Source: Clostridiales bacterium
GTDB lineage: Bacteria; Bacillota; Clostridia; Christensenellales; UBA1242
Assembly: GCA_015069385.1 (NCBI GenBank)
Contig: SVIS01000001.1
Location: forward strand, 17,127-81,126
Reading direction: 5' to 3'
Length of the DNA stretch: 64,000 nucleotides
Positions 20,283 through 30,083 of the stretch are shown piece by piece. The position numbers were made by a program, and so were the translations under genes. How positions within the stretch are numbered: the stretch's first letter is position 1; each line of letters opens with the position of its first letter. The notes below the pieces were generated by a model. The model was not told where the DNA came from, ran no database searches, and worked only from the letters and a program-made list of their open reading frames with translations.

Positions 20283-20432
20283 AAAAGAAGAGTAAAGAGT
20301 TATCCCTTTTGAAACTAGTGAAATAATAAGGTAAATCTTTTATGATTTGCCTTGTTTAATGAATTTTTAAATTTGGTATTGTAATCTTCTTTTAAATGTG
20401 CTATACTGCTTATACTTTTAAGGAGGATTTAA

Positions 20433-20882
20433 ATGGAATATTTAACTGAAGAATTATATATCGCGTGTTTTCATGGTAAAAGTTATAATGACCATCATGA
20501 TAAATTTTTAATAGGCATTTTAAATGGTGAGAAGAAGAAATTAAAAGATGTTATAACTGGAGAAATAGTTGAAAGTTTTCACTTTACACCTATAACTAGA
20601 CTTAAATGGTTTAGAGATGGCGGGAATAATATGGCATTAGGATACATGACGGGATTGGCAGCTGCCGATGCTTCTATTCGTCAACATATATTAGCGGAAA
20701 GGATAAATTCAATTTTAACTAAAGATGTATTAGAAGAAAAAGATATTATAAAAATAAAAAAAATTATGAATAAAGAAATTATAAGAAATTATGAAAAAAA
20801 ATTGCAAAAAAACAATCTTTTAAATGAAAAAGAAAAAAAATTGCAAAAATATTCAATTGATGAATCAGAAAGAAATTTTTAA
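20433..20882 (+). CDS. Hypothetical protein with a Lys/Glu-rich C-terminal tail containing an 18-bp internal DNA repeat
   Basis: 149 aa. The RBS AAGGAGG and the promoter TTGTAA-17-TATACT lie upstream. No family was recognised. Confidence 0.5.
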   Translation: MEYLTEELYIACFHGKSYNDHHDKFLIGILNGEKKKLKDVITGEIVESFHFTPITRLKWFRDGGNNMALGYMTGLAAADASIRQHILAERINSILTKDVLEEKDIIKIKKIMNKEIIRNYEKKLQKNNLLNEKEKKLQKYSIDESERNF

Positions 20883-21184
20883 TAATTTTAAAGCACTCAA
20901 ATAAATAAAAATATTTGGGTGTTTTTAATGGCATTTAGGCGTGTGCTTGTCATATACAAGAGTCTTTAAAATGAGTTTTTCTTTTGCTGGTTAAAACAGA
21001 GAAACTAAAATTGTGCTTATGGCTTTATTTTTCGTTTCTCTGCCTCTTGATATCGTGTTTTCATTTCTTCTCTTGTCAAGTACCTTTCACGGCATAAAGT
21101 AGCCAATAAAAAGAGAACTAGATATTTTCTAATTCTCTTAATTATAATACTAGTTTCAAAATTGACTGTCTAACCCTTCTTTTT

Positions 21185-21793
21185 TTAAAACCTTTTAATA
21201 CAACCAATAACTTTACCCAGAATAGTACAATCTTTTGTTATAATTGGTTTATAAAATTCATTTTGAGGTTGAAGTCTAATACTATCACCAGTTTTGTAAA
21301 AATTTTTAACAGTAGCATAACCATCTAAATAAGCAACAACAATATCACCATTTTCAGCATTGTTTTGTTTTTTTACAACAACATAATCACCATCTTCTAT
21401 GCCTATATTTATCATACTATCACCAGATATTTTTAACATAAATAAATCTTGATTTGTGTTAAATAATGATTTAGATATAATAAGTTCATCTTCAACATTT
21501 TCGAATGCCAAAATAGGATTACCTGCAGCAACTTTACCAATAAGAGGTATAGAAATAACCTCCTGTTCGCTTTCTTCTTTTGTTTGTGTATAGTTTAAAC
21601 AGCGAGCTTTATTATCATGTCTTACTAATAATTTTTTTTCTACAAGTCTATCAACATATTTTTTTATTGAATTGGTAGATTTAATATTAACGGCAATTGC
21701 AATTTCTCTATAAGAAGGAGGAAACCCTTTTTCTTTTGTATAAGATTTAATAAATTCAAAAATTTCTGCCTCTTTAATATCACCTTTTTTCAT
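21185..21793 (-). CDS. lexA: LexA repressor (S24 peptidase)
   Basis: An N-terminal wHTH (GFPPSYREIA) is followed by the cleavage and catalytic region VAAGNPI ... KISGDSMINIGIEDGDYVVV ... K. ATG 21793 is preferred over the GTG at 21799. Confidence 0.93.
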   Translation of the reverse strand: MKKGDIKEAEIFEFIKSYTKEKGFPPSYREIAIAVNIKSTNSIKKYVDRLVEKKLLVRHDNKARCLNYTQTKEESEQEVISIPLIGKVAAGNPILAFENVEDELIISKSLFNTNQDLFMLKISGDSMINIGIEDGDYVVVKKQNNAENGDIVVAYLDGYATVKNFYKTGDSIRLQPQNEFYKPIITKDCTILGKVIGCIKRF

Positions 21794-21814
21794 ATGCACC
21801 TCATCTTTTTTAAA

Positions 21815-21853
21815 ATTATACTATAAAAAAAACCAAAAGTCAAACATTTGTTT
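21815..21853 (-). promoter_or_regulatory. lexA promoter with overlapping LexA box
   Basis: On the minus strand the promoter is TTGACT (21843-21838), 17 nt, TATAAT (21820-21815). The box AAACAAATGTTT (21853-21842) overlaps the -35. Confidence 0.6.
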
Positions 21854-21871
21854 ACTTCCGGTTCTTTTATA

Positions 21872-23476
21872 TTAATATATGCTTTTTGATTTTAAGATAA
21901 TCTTAGTAAAAAGAAAATATATAAAATATGTTAAAGATAACATAATAGGATATAGTGTAATTAAACAATAAGATTTAAAATTTACAAAGGTAAAACCACA
22001 TAAAAGATTAATAGCAAAAATTACTGGTATTAATAATATACTTATTAGACACAATTTCCAATTAAATTTAAACTTAGAAGTATCTAAAGCAATTCTTTTT
22101 TGTGGTGTACGAACATATGTAATATATGTACAAATAAAATAAATAAGGAAAAGTATAGGAAATAAAAGATAAGACGTAACATTGTGTAATTTTACATTTG
22201 GAATAAAACTACAAATTATTCCAAACGTAATTGATAATAGTGAAATATATACAAATAACATTAAAGATGATAGCATATTAAATTTTGTAATACGAATCAT
22301 ATTATAGTCTTTTTCTGTTTTTCTTAAAGATTTTTGAAAAGGTTTAAATTTAATATTTTGTTCAGAATAAAATTCCTGCAAATCTTTATAACTAGGAAAT
22401 TTTATTTTATTATCAATTAATTCCAACTCTTGATTTTCAGCATTTGCAATACTTTTTTCGTATAAATCTTTTACCCTATCTTCATAAGTGACTTTTTTTG
22501 CCTTTTTAAGGTCAGGAGCAACACTATTACCAGCAACATAAACTTCAAATCTTCTATTATCCCATTTAGTTGGTTTTGGCATATCTTCGGGGTTTAATCG
22601 TTCTGTAATAATAACACCATCATCCTTATTTGTAATAACCTCATCATCTTTATTTTCAACCAATTCAGGTTTTAAATTTTCCAATTCTTTTAAATCATTA
22701 GATACTTCTTTTTTTCCTATGTAGCCAGGAAGAACATTTACATCAATTTTAGAAATGGTTTTATCTGTTGGTGACTCAGTTTTAATTTCTTGTTCTTTTA
22801 TAACAACGTTTTCTATTTCTTGCTTTTCTGAAATAAGAATATTAGTCTGTGATACATATTTTTTTTCATAACTATCGTTATTTTTTAAACAATCAGAAAA
22901 ACTTTTATTAGTTTTTTTAATATAGTCAAAAGAGTATGTTTTTGGTTCTTGTATTAATTTAGTTTCTATTGGTTTTTGATTTGTTAGATTAAGCGAATCT
23001 TGACTAGGTGGAGTAATAATAGGCGAGTTAGAAAACAAGTCAAATTGAATAAAAGAATTATCTTTTTGGGGTTGTTCTAATTCATTATTATTTTTAGCAT
23101 TTTCGGTAGTAGTAGACGTTAAATTAAATAAGTTTTCTTGTTGTAAAACTTTTGTAGTTTTTACTGTATTATTTTCTTTAAAAGACAAAGGAATATCAGC
23201 TTGCCATTTTTCTAAATGTTTTTTACCAAGATCTGTTAAATGGTAATAATGACGCCTTCCACCAATTTCACTATCGCGCCAATATGATGAAATAAGAGAT
23301 TGTTCCTCCATACGTTTTAAACTAGAATATAAACTAGGCTGTTTTATACTAACTTTTCCATTAGTCTTAGAAAGAACTTCCTCTATAATTTCATAGCCAT
23401 ATTTATCTTTATCGAGTAGTGTATTTAATATTATAGTTGATAATTGACCTCTAGGAATTTCATCTTTTATAATCAT
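21872..23476 (-). CDS. PadR-family wHTH regulator fused to a long linker and a multi-pass membrane domain
   Basis: 534 aa. The N-terminal 100 aa are classical PadR (YGYEIIEEV..., LYSSLKRMEEQSLISSYW...GGRRHYYHLTDLGK). The C-terminal ~150 aa contain about 4 hydrophobic helices. Confidence 0.7.
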   Translation of the reverse strand: MIIKDEIPRGQLSTIILNTLLDKDKYGYEIIEEVLSKTNGKVSIKQPSLYSSLKRMEEQSLISSYWRDSEIGGRRHYYHLTDLGKKHLEKWQADIPLSFKENNTVKTTKVLQQENLFNLTSTTTENAKNNNELEQPQKDNSFIQFDLFSNSPIITPPSQDSLNLTNQKPIETKLIQEPKTYSFDYIKKTNKSFSDCLKNNDSYEKKYVSQTNILISEKQEIENVVIKEQEIKTESPTDKTISKIDVNVLPGYIGKKEVSNDLKELENLKPELVENKDDEVITNKDDGVIITERLNPEDMPKPTKWDNRRFEVYVAGNSVAPDLKKAKKVTYEDRVKDLYEKSIANAENQELELIDNKIKFPSYKDLQEFYSEQNIKFKPFQKSLRKTEKDYNMIRITKFNMLSSLMLFVYISLLSITFGIICSFIPNVKLHNVTSYLLFPILFLIYFICTYITYVRTPQKRIALDTSKFKFNWKLCLISILLIPVIFAINLLCGFTFVNFKSYCLITLYPIMLSLTYFIYFLFTKIILKSKSIY

Positions 23477-23595
23477 ATTTTTATCCTTTTGTAATTAAAA
23501 ACATTTTAATATATTATTATATAAATTGTCAAATGGGTATTATGCAAAATATAAAATGAGTTGAAAAATACTATATTTTGTGGTACTATTTGCAT

Positions 23596-24243
23596 ATGGA
23601 ATACAAATTGATAAGGTCACAGCGAAAAACTATTGCTATAAAAATAATACCAACATGTGAAATTATAGTACTTGCTCCAAAAAAATGTTCACTTAATTTC
23701 ATAAATGAATTTCTTAAATCTAAAACAATTTGGATACAAAAGACTATTCAAAACATACAACAAAAAAATCATCAATTAAACAAATTTAATCAATTAGAAA
23801 AAACAATTTTATTCGGACAAGAATTTGATATTATCGATTGCATAAATCATTATGAAATAGCCAACTATTATATAAAGCACACTAAAGCTTCTAATAAGCA
23901 AAAAATTATTAAACAATTTTATATAAAACTTGCAAATGAATATTTAATCAATAAAACCCAAAAACTCGCAAACTCTTTAAACTTAAATTATAAAAACATA
24001 AAAATAATATCAGCGAGAAAAAAGTGGGGTAGTTGTAATAATTTAAAGGAAATAAAATTAAACTTTAGGTTAATAATGTTACCAGAAAATCTTATAAATT
24101 ATGTAATTTGCCATGAACTTTGTCATTTAAAACAAATGAATCATAGTAAACAGTTTTGGTCTTTATTAGAATCTTTAGGTTATAAAAAAACAATTGTAAA
24201 ACAAAACTTTATAAACTATAATTTTGTTTTACAACTGCTTTAA
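23596..24243 (+). CDS. YgjP-like zinc metallopeptidase (DUF45 / M48-related)
   Basis: Contains RKKWGSCN and the HExxH motif VICHELCHLKQMNHSKQFW. ATG 23596 is preferred as the start. Confidence 0.75.
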   Translation: MEYKLIRSQRKTIAIKIIPTCEIIVLAPKKCSLNFINEFLKSKTIWIQKTIQNIQQKNHQLNKFNQLEKTILFGQEFDIIDCINHYEIANYYIKHTKASNKQKIIKQFYIKLANEYLINKTQKLANSLNLNYKNIKIISARKKWGSCNNLKEIKLNFRLIMLPENLINYVICHELCHLKQMNHSKQFWSLLESLGYKKTIVKQNFINYNFVLQLL

Positions 24244-24244
24244 T

Positions 24245-25138
24245 TTAAATAGAAATAGGTAGGTTAAATATTTTTTTAAAATCATTTGGTAAATCAATTC
24301 CTATTTCAATCTTTTTATTTGTTAGTGGATTAATTATTGTCATTTTAGCACAAACAAGTGCAGCATGTGATATTAATTCGCTTTTTTTTCCATATAATTC
24401 ATCACCAACAAGAGCATGTGATATGTTTGATAAATGCACTCTTATTTGATGCGTTCTTCCATATTCTAAATTGATTTTGCAAAATGAGTTATTACCATCA
24501 AACATAAGAGGAGTTACAAAAGTTCTTGCCGGTTTGCCTAATTCAGAAATTTCACGCTTTTGATTGTTAATTCCTAACTCATTTGTAGTTGTAATAATTG
24601 GTTTATCTATCAATAAATTATCTTTTATAAAACCCGTACAAATAGCATAATATGTTTTTTGTATATAATTACCAGAATTAAGTAAATTGCTTATTAAACT
24701 ATGTTTTGCTATGCATACTAAACCTGCAGTATCTTTATCTAATCTATTAATAATTCTTACTATAAACTCTTTATCCTTTTTACTCATGTAATATGAAATC
24801 ATACTAGATAAATTATCAATAAAATGTGACCTTGATGGTGTAGTTGGTATTCCACTGGGTTTGTTTACAATTAAAACATCATCATCTTCATATACTATAT
24901 CTAGTGGAGTTGTATTATAGGCAACCATGTTTGTTGTTGCTGGATTTTTATATAATTCTAATAAATCTCCGTTATTTATTAATTTATTTGTAAAGGCTGT
25001 TTGTCCGTTTAATTTAATATAACCTTCTCTTTTACGCAAATGTCTTATATAATTTTCGCTAAAACCATTTTTCTTTAAAAACTTATATATGGTTTCGTTT
25101 TGTTCACATTGCTTTATAATAATTTTATTATAACTCAT
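24245..25138 (-). CDS. RluA-family pseudouridine synthase
   Basis: 297 aa. An S4-like N-terminus is followed by the catalytic motif NRLDKDTAGLV and the C-terminal GRTHQIRVH. Confidence 0.85.
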   Translation of the reverse strand: MSYNKIIIKQCEQNETIYKFLKKNGFSENYIRHLRKREGYIKLNGQTAFTNKLINNGDLLELYKNPATTNMVAYNTTPLDIVYEDDDVLIVNKPSGIPTTPSRSHFIDNLSSMISYYMSKKDKEFIVRIINRLDKDTAGLVCIAKHSLISNLLNSGNYIQKTYYAICTGFIKDNLLIDKPIITTTNELGINNQKREISELGKPARTFVTPLMFDGNNSFCKINLEYGRTHQIRVHLSNISHALVGDELYGKKSELISHAALVCAKMTIINPLTNKKIEIGIDLPNDFKKIFNLPISI

Positions 25139-25182
25139 AATTTTCTAAAAAGTTATGGATAGGTACGCTATCCATAACTTCA

Positions 25183-27558
25183 TTAACCTTTTAATTTTAA
25201 ACCTATTTGTTCCATATGTTGTAACATACGCATATTAAAAATATCAATATCTTTTGATGAAAGAGTTTTATCAAGTGAACAAATATTGTATTTTATTGTC
25301 CAACTTACATAATCACCTAACGTTTCGCTTTCATAAATATCTGTTAATTTATAAGACCAAATTAATTTTGCTTTAAATGTTTCCATATGCTTTTCAAGTT
25401 GAGCATATTTCATTGTTTTTGGCACAAGAAATGTGTAATCAATATTTACATCTTGAAATTTACTAACTTTTTTAACTTGTAAATTAAGTTTTTGAGCAGT
25501 GAGCAAAGAATTAATATCAACTTCTAATATTGCAATATTAAAACGTTTATCAATTTCAAGTTTAACACTTGGATGCAAAATTCCAAAATAACCAATATTA
25601 GTTTCATTAGCAAAAATATTTGTGCTATTAACAGGATGCATATAAGTTGGCATACAATCATTTGCTCCAATTTCTATTTTAGTTCCATATATGTTTTCTG
25701 TTATATCTAAAAGAACTTCTTTTAATTTAAAATATAAATCAGAATTAGATAATGTTTGACTAGCCAAACAAATTGATAGGTGAGGTCTTTCTAGGGCAAG
25801 ATTATTATCATCTAGGCCAGTAATAACTCTACCAACTTCAAAAATTTGAATATCTTGGTAACTATTACGATTTTCTTCCATAACTTTAAGCATAGTTGGT
25901 GCAAGAGCAGACCTAATACCAGATTGTCCAGCGTTAGAATCATCTACAAGCGAAACATATGATTTTTGATTAATTCCCACTCGTTTATTGAAATCAATAT
26001 AATTCCAAAGATATGAATGAACTTCATTCATACCATATTTTTCAGCAAGAAGATATTTTGTTTGATATTCGTATATATGTTCATAGTTTTGTTCTACAGA
26101 TTTAACTTCCATTGCAATAGGTTTTGCTTCAATATTATCATAGCCGTAAGAGCGAGCAATTTCCTCAACTAAATCTTCACGAAGAGAAATGTCTTTTGTT
26201 GCTCTATATGATGGAACTACAACTCTTAATTCGTTATTTACCTTTTCAACAATAAAACCAAGTTTTGTTAAAATGTTTATTATGTCATTATCACTTATAT
26301 TTAAACCAATTCTTTTAGATACAAAATCACTTGTAATGTTAATAACAATTGTAGGATATTTTTTTGTATATACATCTGTTAAACAAGAAGTTACTTTAAC
26401 AGCAGCATCTCTTAATTTAAGCAATTTAACTAAGCGAGCGATAGCTAAAGTTGTCATTTCTGGATCTAAAGATTTTTCATATCTTTGACTAGCATCTGTT
26501 TTTAGTCCTATTGCTGTTGAGGCAACTCTTATTGCTTTACAATCAAAACAAGCACTTTCAAGAAGCAACGATGTTGTTTGATCTGATATACCAGATAATT
26601 TACCTCCTTTAATACCAGCAATAGCAACTGGGGTGTTGTTTTGGTCGCAAATAATTGTAGCGCCTTCTGGTACTTCGTGTTCTTCTCCTTCTAATGTTAA
26701 TATTTTAGTTTCTTTACTAGCCATATTAACATTAATTCCTTTTACAATTTCATGGTCAAAAGCATGCATTGGTTGTCCAATTTCTAACATTAAATAATTT
26801 GTTAAATCTGTAAGAAGGTTAATGTCTCGCATACCGCAATAATTTAACCTAATTTTCATTGTTTGATCACTATATTTTTCTGTAACATTGTCAACAGAAA
26901 GAGCAGAATAACGAAAACAATCTGGTGAATTGTTACTTACACTCAAAGATGGCAAGTTTTCATAATCTTTTAAATTATCAACTTCAAGAATTTTTAATTC
27001 TCTATTAAACATTGCAGCAAATTCTCTTGCAATTCCATAATGTCCCCAAAGGTCGGGTCTATTAGTAAGTGATTTGTTATCAACCTCAAAAACAATATCG
27101 TCAATAGGAAAAACAGTTTTAATATTGGCTCCTAAAGCAACAGGGAAGTTTATGTCCATAATACCAGTATTGTCTGAACCAATACCTAATTCTTCTTCAC
27201 TACAACACATGCCAAAACTTTCAACACCTGCAAGTTTTGCTTTAGTCATTTTATGTCCACCAACCATACTGCCAATTGGAGCAAGACAAACTGTCATGTT
27301 TTCTCTTACATTTGGTGCTCCACAAACTATTTGTAAAATTTCTGTACCAGTATTTACAGCCAAAACATGTAAATGGTCAGAATTTGGATGCATATCAACT
27401 TTTTCAATGCGTGCAAAAATAACTCCTTGAGTATCTTTACCTTTATGTTCATATCCTTCAATTTCGGCAGTAGTAAGGTTAAATTTTCTAATTAATTCTT
27501 CTGTTTCAATTCCATCTAAATTTACGAAATCTTTAATCCAATTCATTGAAATATACAT
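25183..27558 (-). CDS. pheT: Phenylalanine--tRNA ligase beta subunit
   Basis: The N-terminus MYISMNWIKDF is followed by tRNA-binding, B3/4, B5 and anticodon-binding-like regions. The RBS AAGGAGG precedes ATG 27558. Confidence 0.95.
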   Translation of the reverse strand: MYISMNWIKDFVNLDGIETEELIRKFNLTTAEIEGYEHKGKDTQGVIFARIEKVDMHPNSDHLHVLAVNTGTEILQIVCGAPNVRENMTVCLAPIGSMVGGHKMTKAKLAGVESFGMCCSEEELGIGSDNTGIMDINFPVALGANIKTVFPIDDIVFEVDNKSLTNRPDLWGHYGIAREFAAMFNRELKILEVDNLKDYENLPSLSVSNNSPDCFRYSALSVDNVTEKYSDQTMKIRLNYCGMRDINLLTDLTNYLMLEIGQPMHAFDHEIVKGINVNMASKETKILTLEGEEHEVPEGATIICDQNNTPVAIAGIKGGKLSGISDQTTSLLLESACFDCKAIRVASTAIGLKTDASQRYEKSLDPEMTTLAIARLVKLLKLRDAAVKVTSCLTDVYTKKYPTIVINITSDFVSKRIGLNISDNDIINILTKLGFIVEKVNNELRVVVPSYRATKDISLREDLVEEIARSYGYDNIEAKPIAMEVKSVEQNYEHIYEYQTKYLLAEKYGMNEVHSYLWNYIDFNKRVGINQKSYVSLVDDSNAGQSGIRSALAPTMLKVMEENRNSYQDIQIFEVGRVITGLDDNNLALERPHLSICLASQTLSNSDLYFKLKEVLLDITENIYGTKIEIGANDCMPTYMHPVNSTNIFANETNIGYFGILHPSVKLEIDKRFNIAILEVDINSLLTAQKLNLQVKKVSKFQDVNIDYTFLVPKTMKYAQLEKHMETFKAKLIWSYKLTDIYESETLGDYVSWTIKYNICSLDKTLSSKDIDIFNMRMLQHMEQIGLKLKG

Positions 27559-27568
27559 TTTTACCTCC

Positions 27569-28597
27569 TTAAGCCTTAACACCAAATTGGCTTAGTACTT
27601 TTAAATTTCCACTATTTAAATAACGAATATCATCTAGACCAGTTTTTAACATAACAAGCCTGTCAAAACCAAGTCCAAAAGCAAATCCACTATATTCATT
27701 AGGATTAATTCCTGCAAGAGAAAGTACGTTAGGGTGAATCATTCCACAAGGACAAAGTTCTAGCCACCCAGAATTTTTACATGTCGAACAACCTTTTCCT
27801 CCACAAAATGTACAAGTGGCATCCATTTCAAAACCCGGTTCTACAAAAGGGAAAAACCCCGGTCTCAAACGAATATTTATATCAGTTTTAAAAACCTCTG
27901 ACAACATTTTTTTCATAAAATAAATTAAATTAGACACTGAAACATTCTTATCAACAAGCATACCTTCTATTTGAAAAAAAGTGTTTTCATGGCTATGATC
28001 AAGGGCTTCATTTCTAAAACATCTGCCAGGGAATATGGCTTTAAGAGGACCATTATATTTCCTTAAAATTCGGTTTTGAGCAGCAGAGGTTTGTGTCTTT
28101 AATAATTGCCCATTATCAAGCCAAAAAGTATCTTGCATATCACGTGCTGGGTGGTTTTTAGGAACATTAACTGCATCAAAGTTATTGTATTCTGTTTCAA
28201 CTTCATATCCATCTTCAACACTAAAACCCATAGAAACAAAAACGTCTTCTATTTCTTTTTGAAGGGAAGTACGCGGATGCAGTGAGCCTTTTTTAATATT
28301 TAAAGGCAGTGTAATATCAATAGGTTGTTCATTAGCAATTTCATTTAAAATTTTTTCATTTTCTAATTTTTCTTTCAATTCTTGTAAATTAGTTTCAATT
28401 AAATTCTTAACTGAGTTAATTGTTTGCCCAAATTCTTTTCTTTGTTCAACAGGCATTTCTTTAATTTTAGGCATTAATAATGTTAATTTACCTTTTTTAC
28501 CAATGTAGGCAACTCTTAATGCTTCTAAATTATGAATATCATTTATTTCTGCAATTTCGTTTTCAAAATCTTTTTTTATTTGTTTTAATTCTTCCAT
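27569..28597 (-). CDS. pheS: Phenylalanine--tRNA ligase alpha subunit
   Basis: About 342 aa starting MEELKQIKKDF. Contains the class II motifs HPARDMQDTFW, FPGRCFRNE and GFAFGLGFDRL. The RBS GGAGAA lies upstream of ATG 28597. Confidence 0.95.
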   Translation of the reverse strand: MEELKQIKKDFENEIAEINDIHNLEALRVAYIGKKGKLTLLMPKIKEMPVEQRKEFGQTINSVKNLIETNLQELKEKLENEKILNEIANEQPIDITLPLNIKKGSLHPRTSLQKEIEDVFVSMGFSVEDGYEVETEYNNFDAVNVPKNHPARDMQDTFWLDNGQLLKTQTSAAQNRILRKYNGPLKAIFPGRCFRNEALDHSHENTFFQIEGMLVDKNVSVSNLIYFMKKMLSEVFKTDINIRLRPGFFPFVEPGFEMDATCTFCGGKGCSTCKNSGWLELCPCGMIHPNVLSLAGINPNEYSGFAFGLGFDRLVMLKTGLDDIRYLNSGNLKVLSQFGVKA

Positions 28598-28619
28598 TAA
28601 TAATTCTCCTTTTTTAATA

Positions 28620-28862
28620 TAAAAAAACCTATTGCAATAGCAATAGGGCATTAAATAACGCTGTACCACCTATTTTCACTTGAAAATCAAGCCTTATTTG
28701 TATTTATACGGTTTAATCCGGCTTTTCTTTTTACCGAAAAGCAACTCCAATGCTGAAATTCGTTAAACTAACTGAACATAAGTGGCTCTCAGCCGGTGGC
28801 ACACTCTTCCTTTATGAAATTAGTTTACTACTGTACACATCTTCATAGTTTTTACAAAACAA
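28620..28862 (-). promoter_or_regulatory. T-box leader (Phe specifier) controlling pheST
   Basis: On the minus strand the stem I elements AGAGA/GCTGAGAGCC are present and the specifier-loop context is GAATTTCAGC, with UUC at 28757-28755. The T-box sequence AATAGGTGGTACAGCG is followed by the terminator GCCCTATTGC/GCAATAGG plus a T-run. Confidence 0.85.
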
Positions 28863-28867
28863 AATTG

Positions 28868-28896
28868 ACTTTAACATTTTTATATTATTTTGTCAA
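28868..28896 (-). promoter_or_regulatory. Promoter of the pheST T-box leader
   Basis: Minus strand: TTGACA (28896-28891), 17 nt, TAAAGT (28873-28868). Confidence 0.55.
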
Positions 28897-28961
28897 CTAT
28901 TTAAACTAATCTTACAGCAACTTTGTTGACTTTTTTAATATAAAGTGGTAACTTTGAATGT

Positions 28962-30083
28962 ATGATTTATCTAGATAATGCAGCAACAACCCCGTTAGAT
29001 AAAGAAGCTGGTGAAATATATCTAAATTTTGCCAGCAATGATTTTTTCAATCCATCTGCTATCTATTCAAAAAGTATTAATATTTTTAATGAAATAGAAA
29101 TCACAAAAGAATGTATTGCAAAACATTTAGGAACAAATTTCGATAATAACATAATTTTTACTGCCAGCGCTACAGAAGCAAACAATTTGGCAATTAGAGG
29201 AGCATATAGAAAAAATTTTGGAAAAATGCTTTTTTCAATTGGCGAACACCCATCTGTTTATAATGTTGCAATGGAATTAAAAAAACAAGGTGCAAATATT
29301 GATTTTATTAATTTACAGCCTTCTGGAGAAATTGATTATTTAGATTTAGAAAACAAATTGTCTAATGATGTTTCATTCATTTCTGTTATGTTTTGTAGCA
29401 ACGAAACTGGTGCAATAAATGATTTAAAACGAATCTCTGATTTAAAAAATAAGTATTGTCCTAAAGCAATTTTACATAGCGATGGAGTCCAGGCATTTGG
29501 TAAATTAAAAATTAACGTCGAATATTTTGGCATTGATTTATTCACAATAAGTGCACATAAAACTTTTGGTCCAAAAGGAATAGGGGCACTTTATGTTAAG
29601 AATAAAAATATAATAAATCCCATCATTTTTGGTGGAGGACAAGAATATAATTTACGCTCAGGAACAGAAAATGTTCCAGCAATTTTAGCTTTTAAAAAAG
29701 CAATTTTAAACGTTGGTAATTTAAAACAAAACTATAAACATGTACAAGAATGTTGTGATATTTTTAAGAAAGAAATAAATGTCACTGGTTGCAAAATCAA
29801 CTCTAGTGGTAGTCCGTATGTTTTAAGTTTAAGTTTTCCAGGTGTAAATGGTGAAACACTTGTGCATATGATGGAGTCTAAAAATATATTAATTTCACGA
29901 GGAAGTGCTTGCTCTTCTAAAAAGTCTGGAAATAGAATATTGGAAGCCATGGGGTTATCTAAAGAAGATATTTTAGGAAGTATTAGAATAAGTTTTAGTA
30001 AAAATACTACATTAGAAGAGACAAGGCTTGCCGGACAAATTTTATCTAATTGTTATACTGAATTAAAGGAAAAACTTAAATGA
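28962..30083 (+). CDS. Cysteine desulfurase (NifS/IscS class V aminotransferase)
   Basis: 373 aa. Contains MIYLDNAATTP, the PLP lysine context SAHKTFGPKG, and the catalytic loop GSACSS. It ends with a TGA that overlaps the thiI ATG. Confidence 0.88.
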   Translation: MIYLDNAATTPLDKEAGEIYLNFASNDFFNPSAIYSKSINIFNEIEITKECIAKHLGTNFDNNIIFTASATEANNLAIRGAYRKNFGKMLFSIGEHPSVYNVAMELKKQGANIDFINLQPSGEIDYLDLENKLSNDVSFISVMFCSNETGAINDLKRISDLKNKYCPKAILHSDGVQAFGKLKINVEYFGIDLFTISAHKTFGPKGIGALYVKNKNIINPIIFGGGQEYNLRSGTENVPAILAFKKAILNVGNLKQNYKHVQECCDIFKKEINVTGCKINSSGSPYVLSLSFPGVNGETLVHMMESKNILISRGSACSSKKSGNRILEAMGLSKEDILGSIRISFSKNTTLEETRLAGQILSNCYTELKEKLK

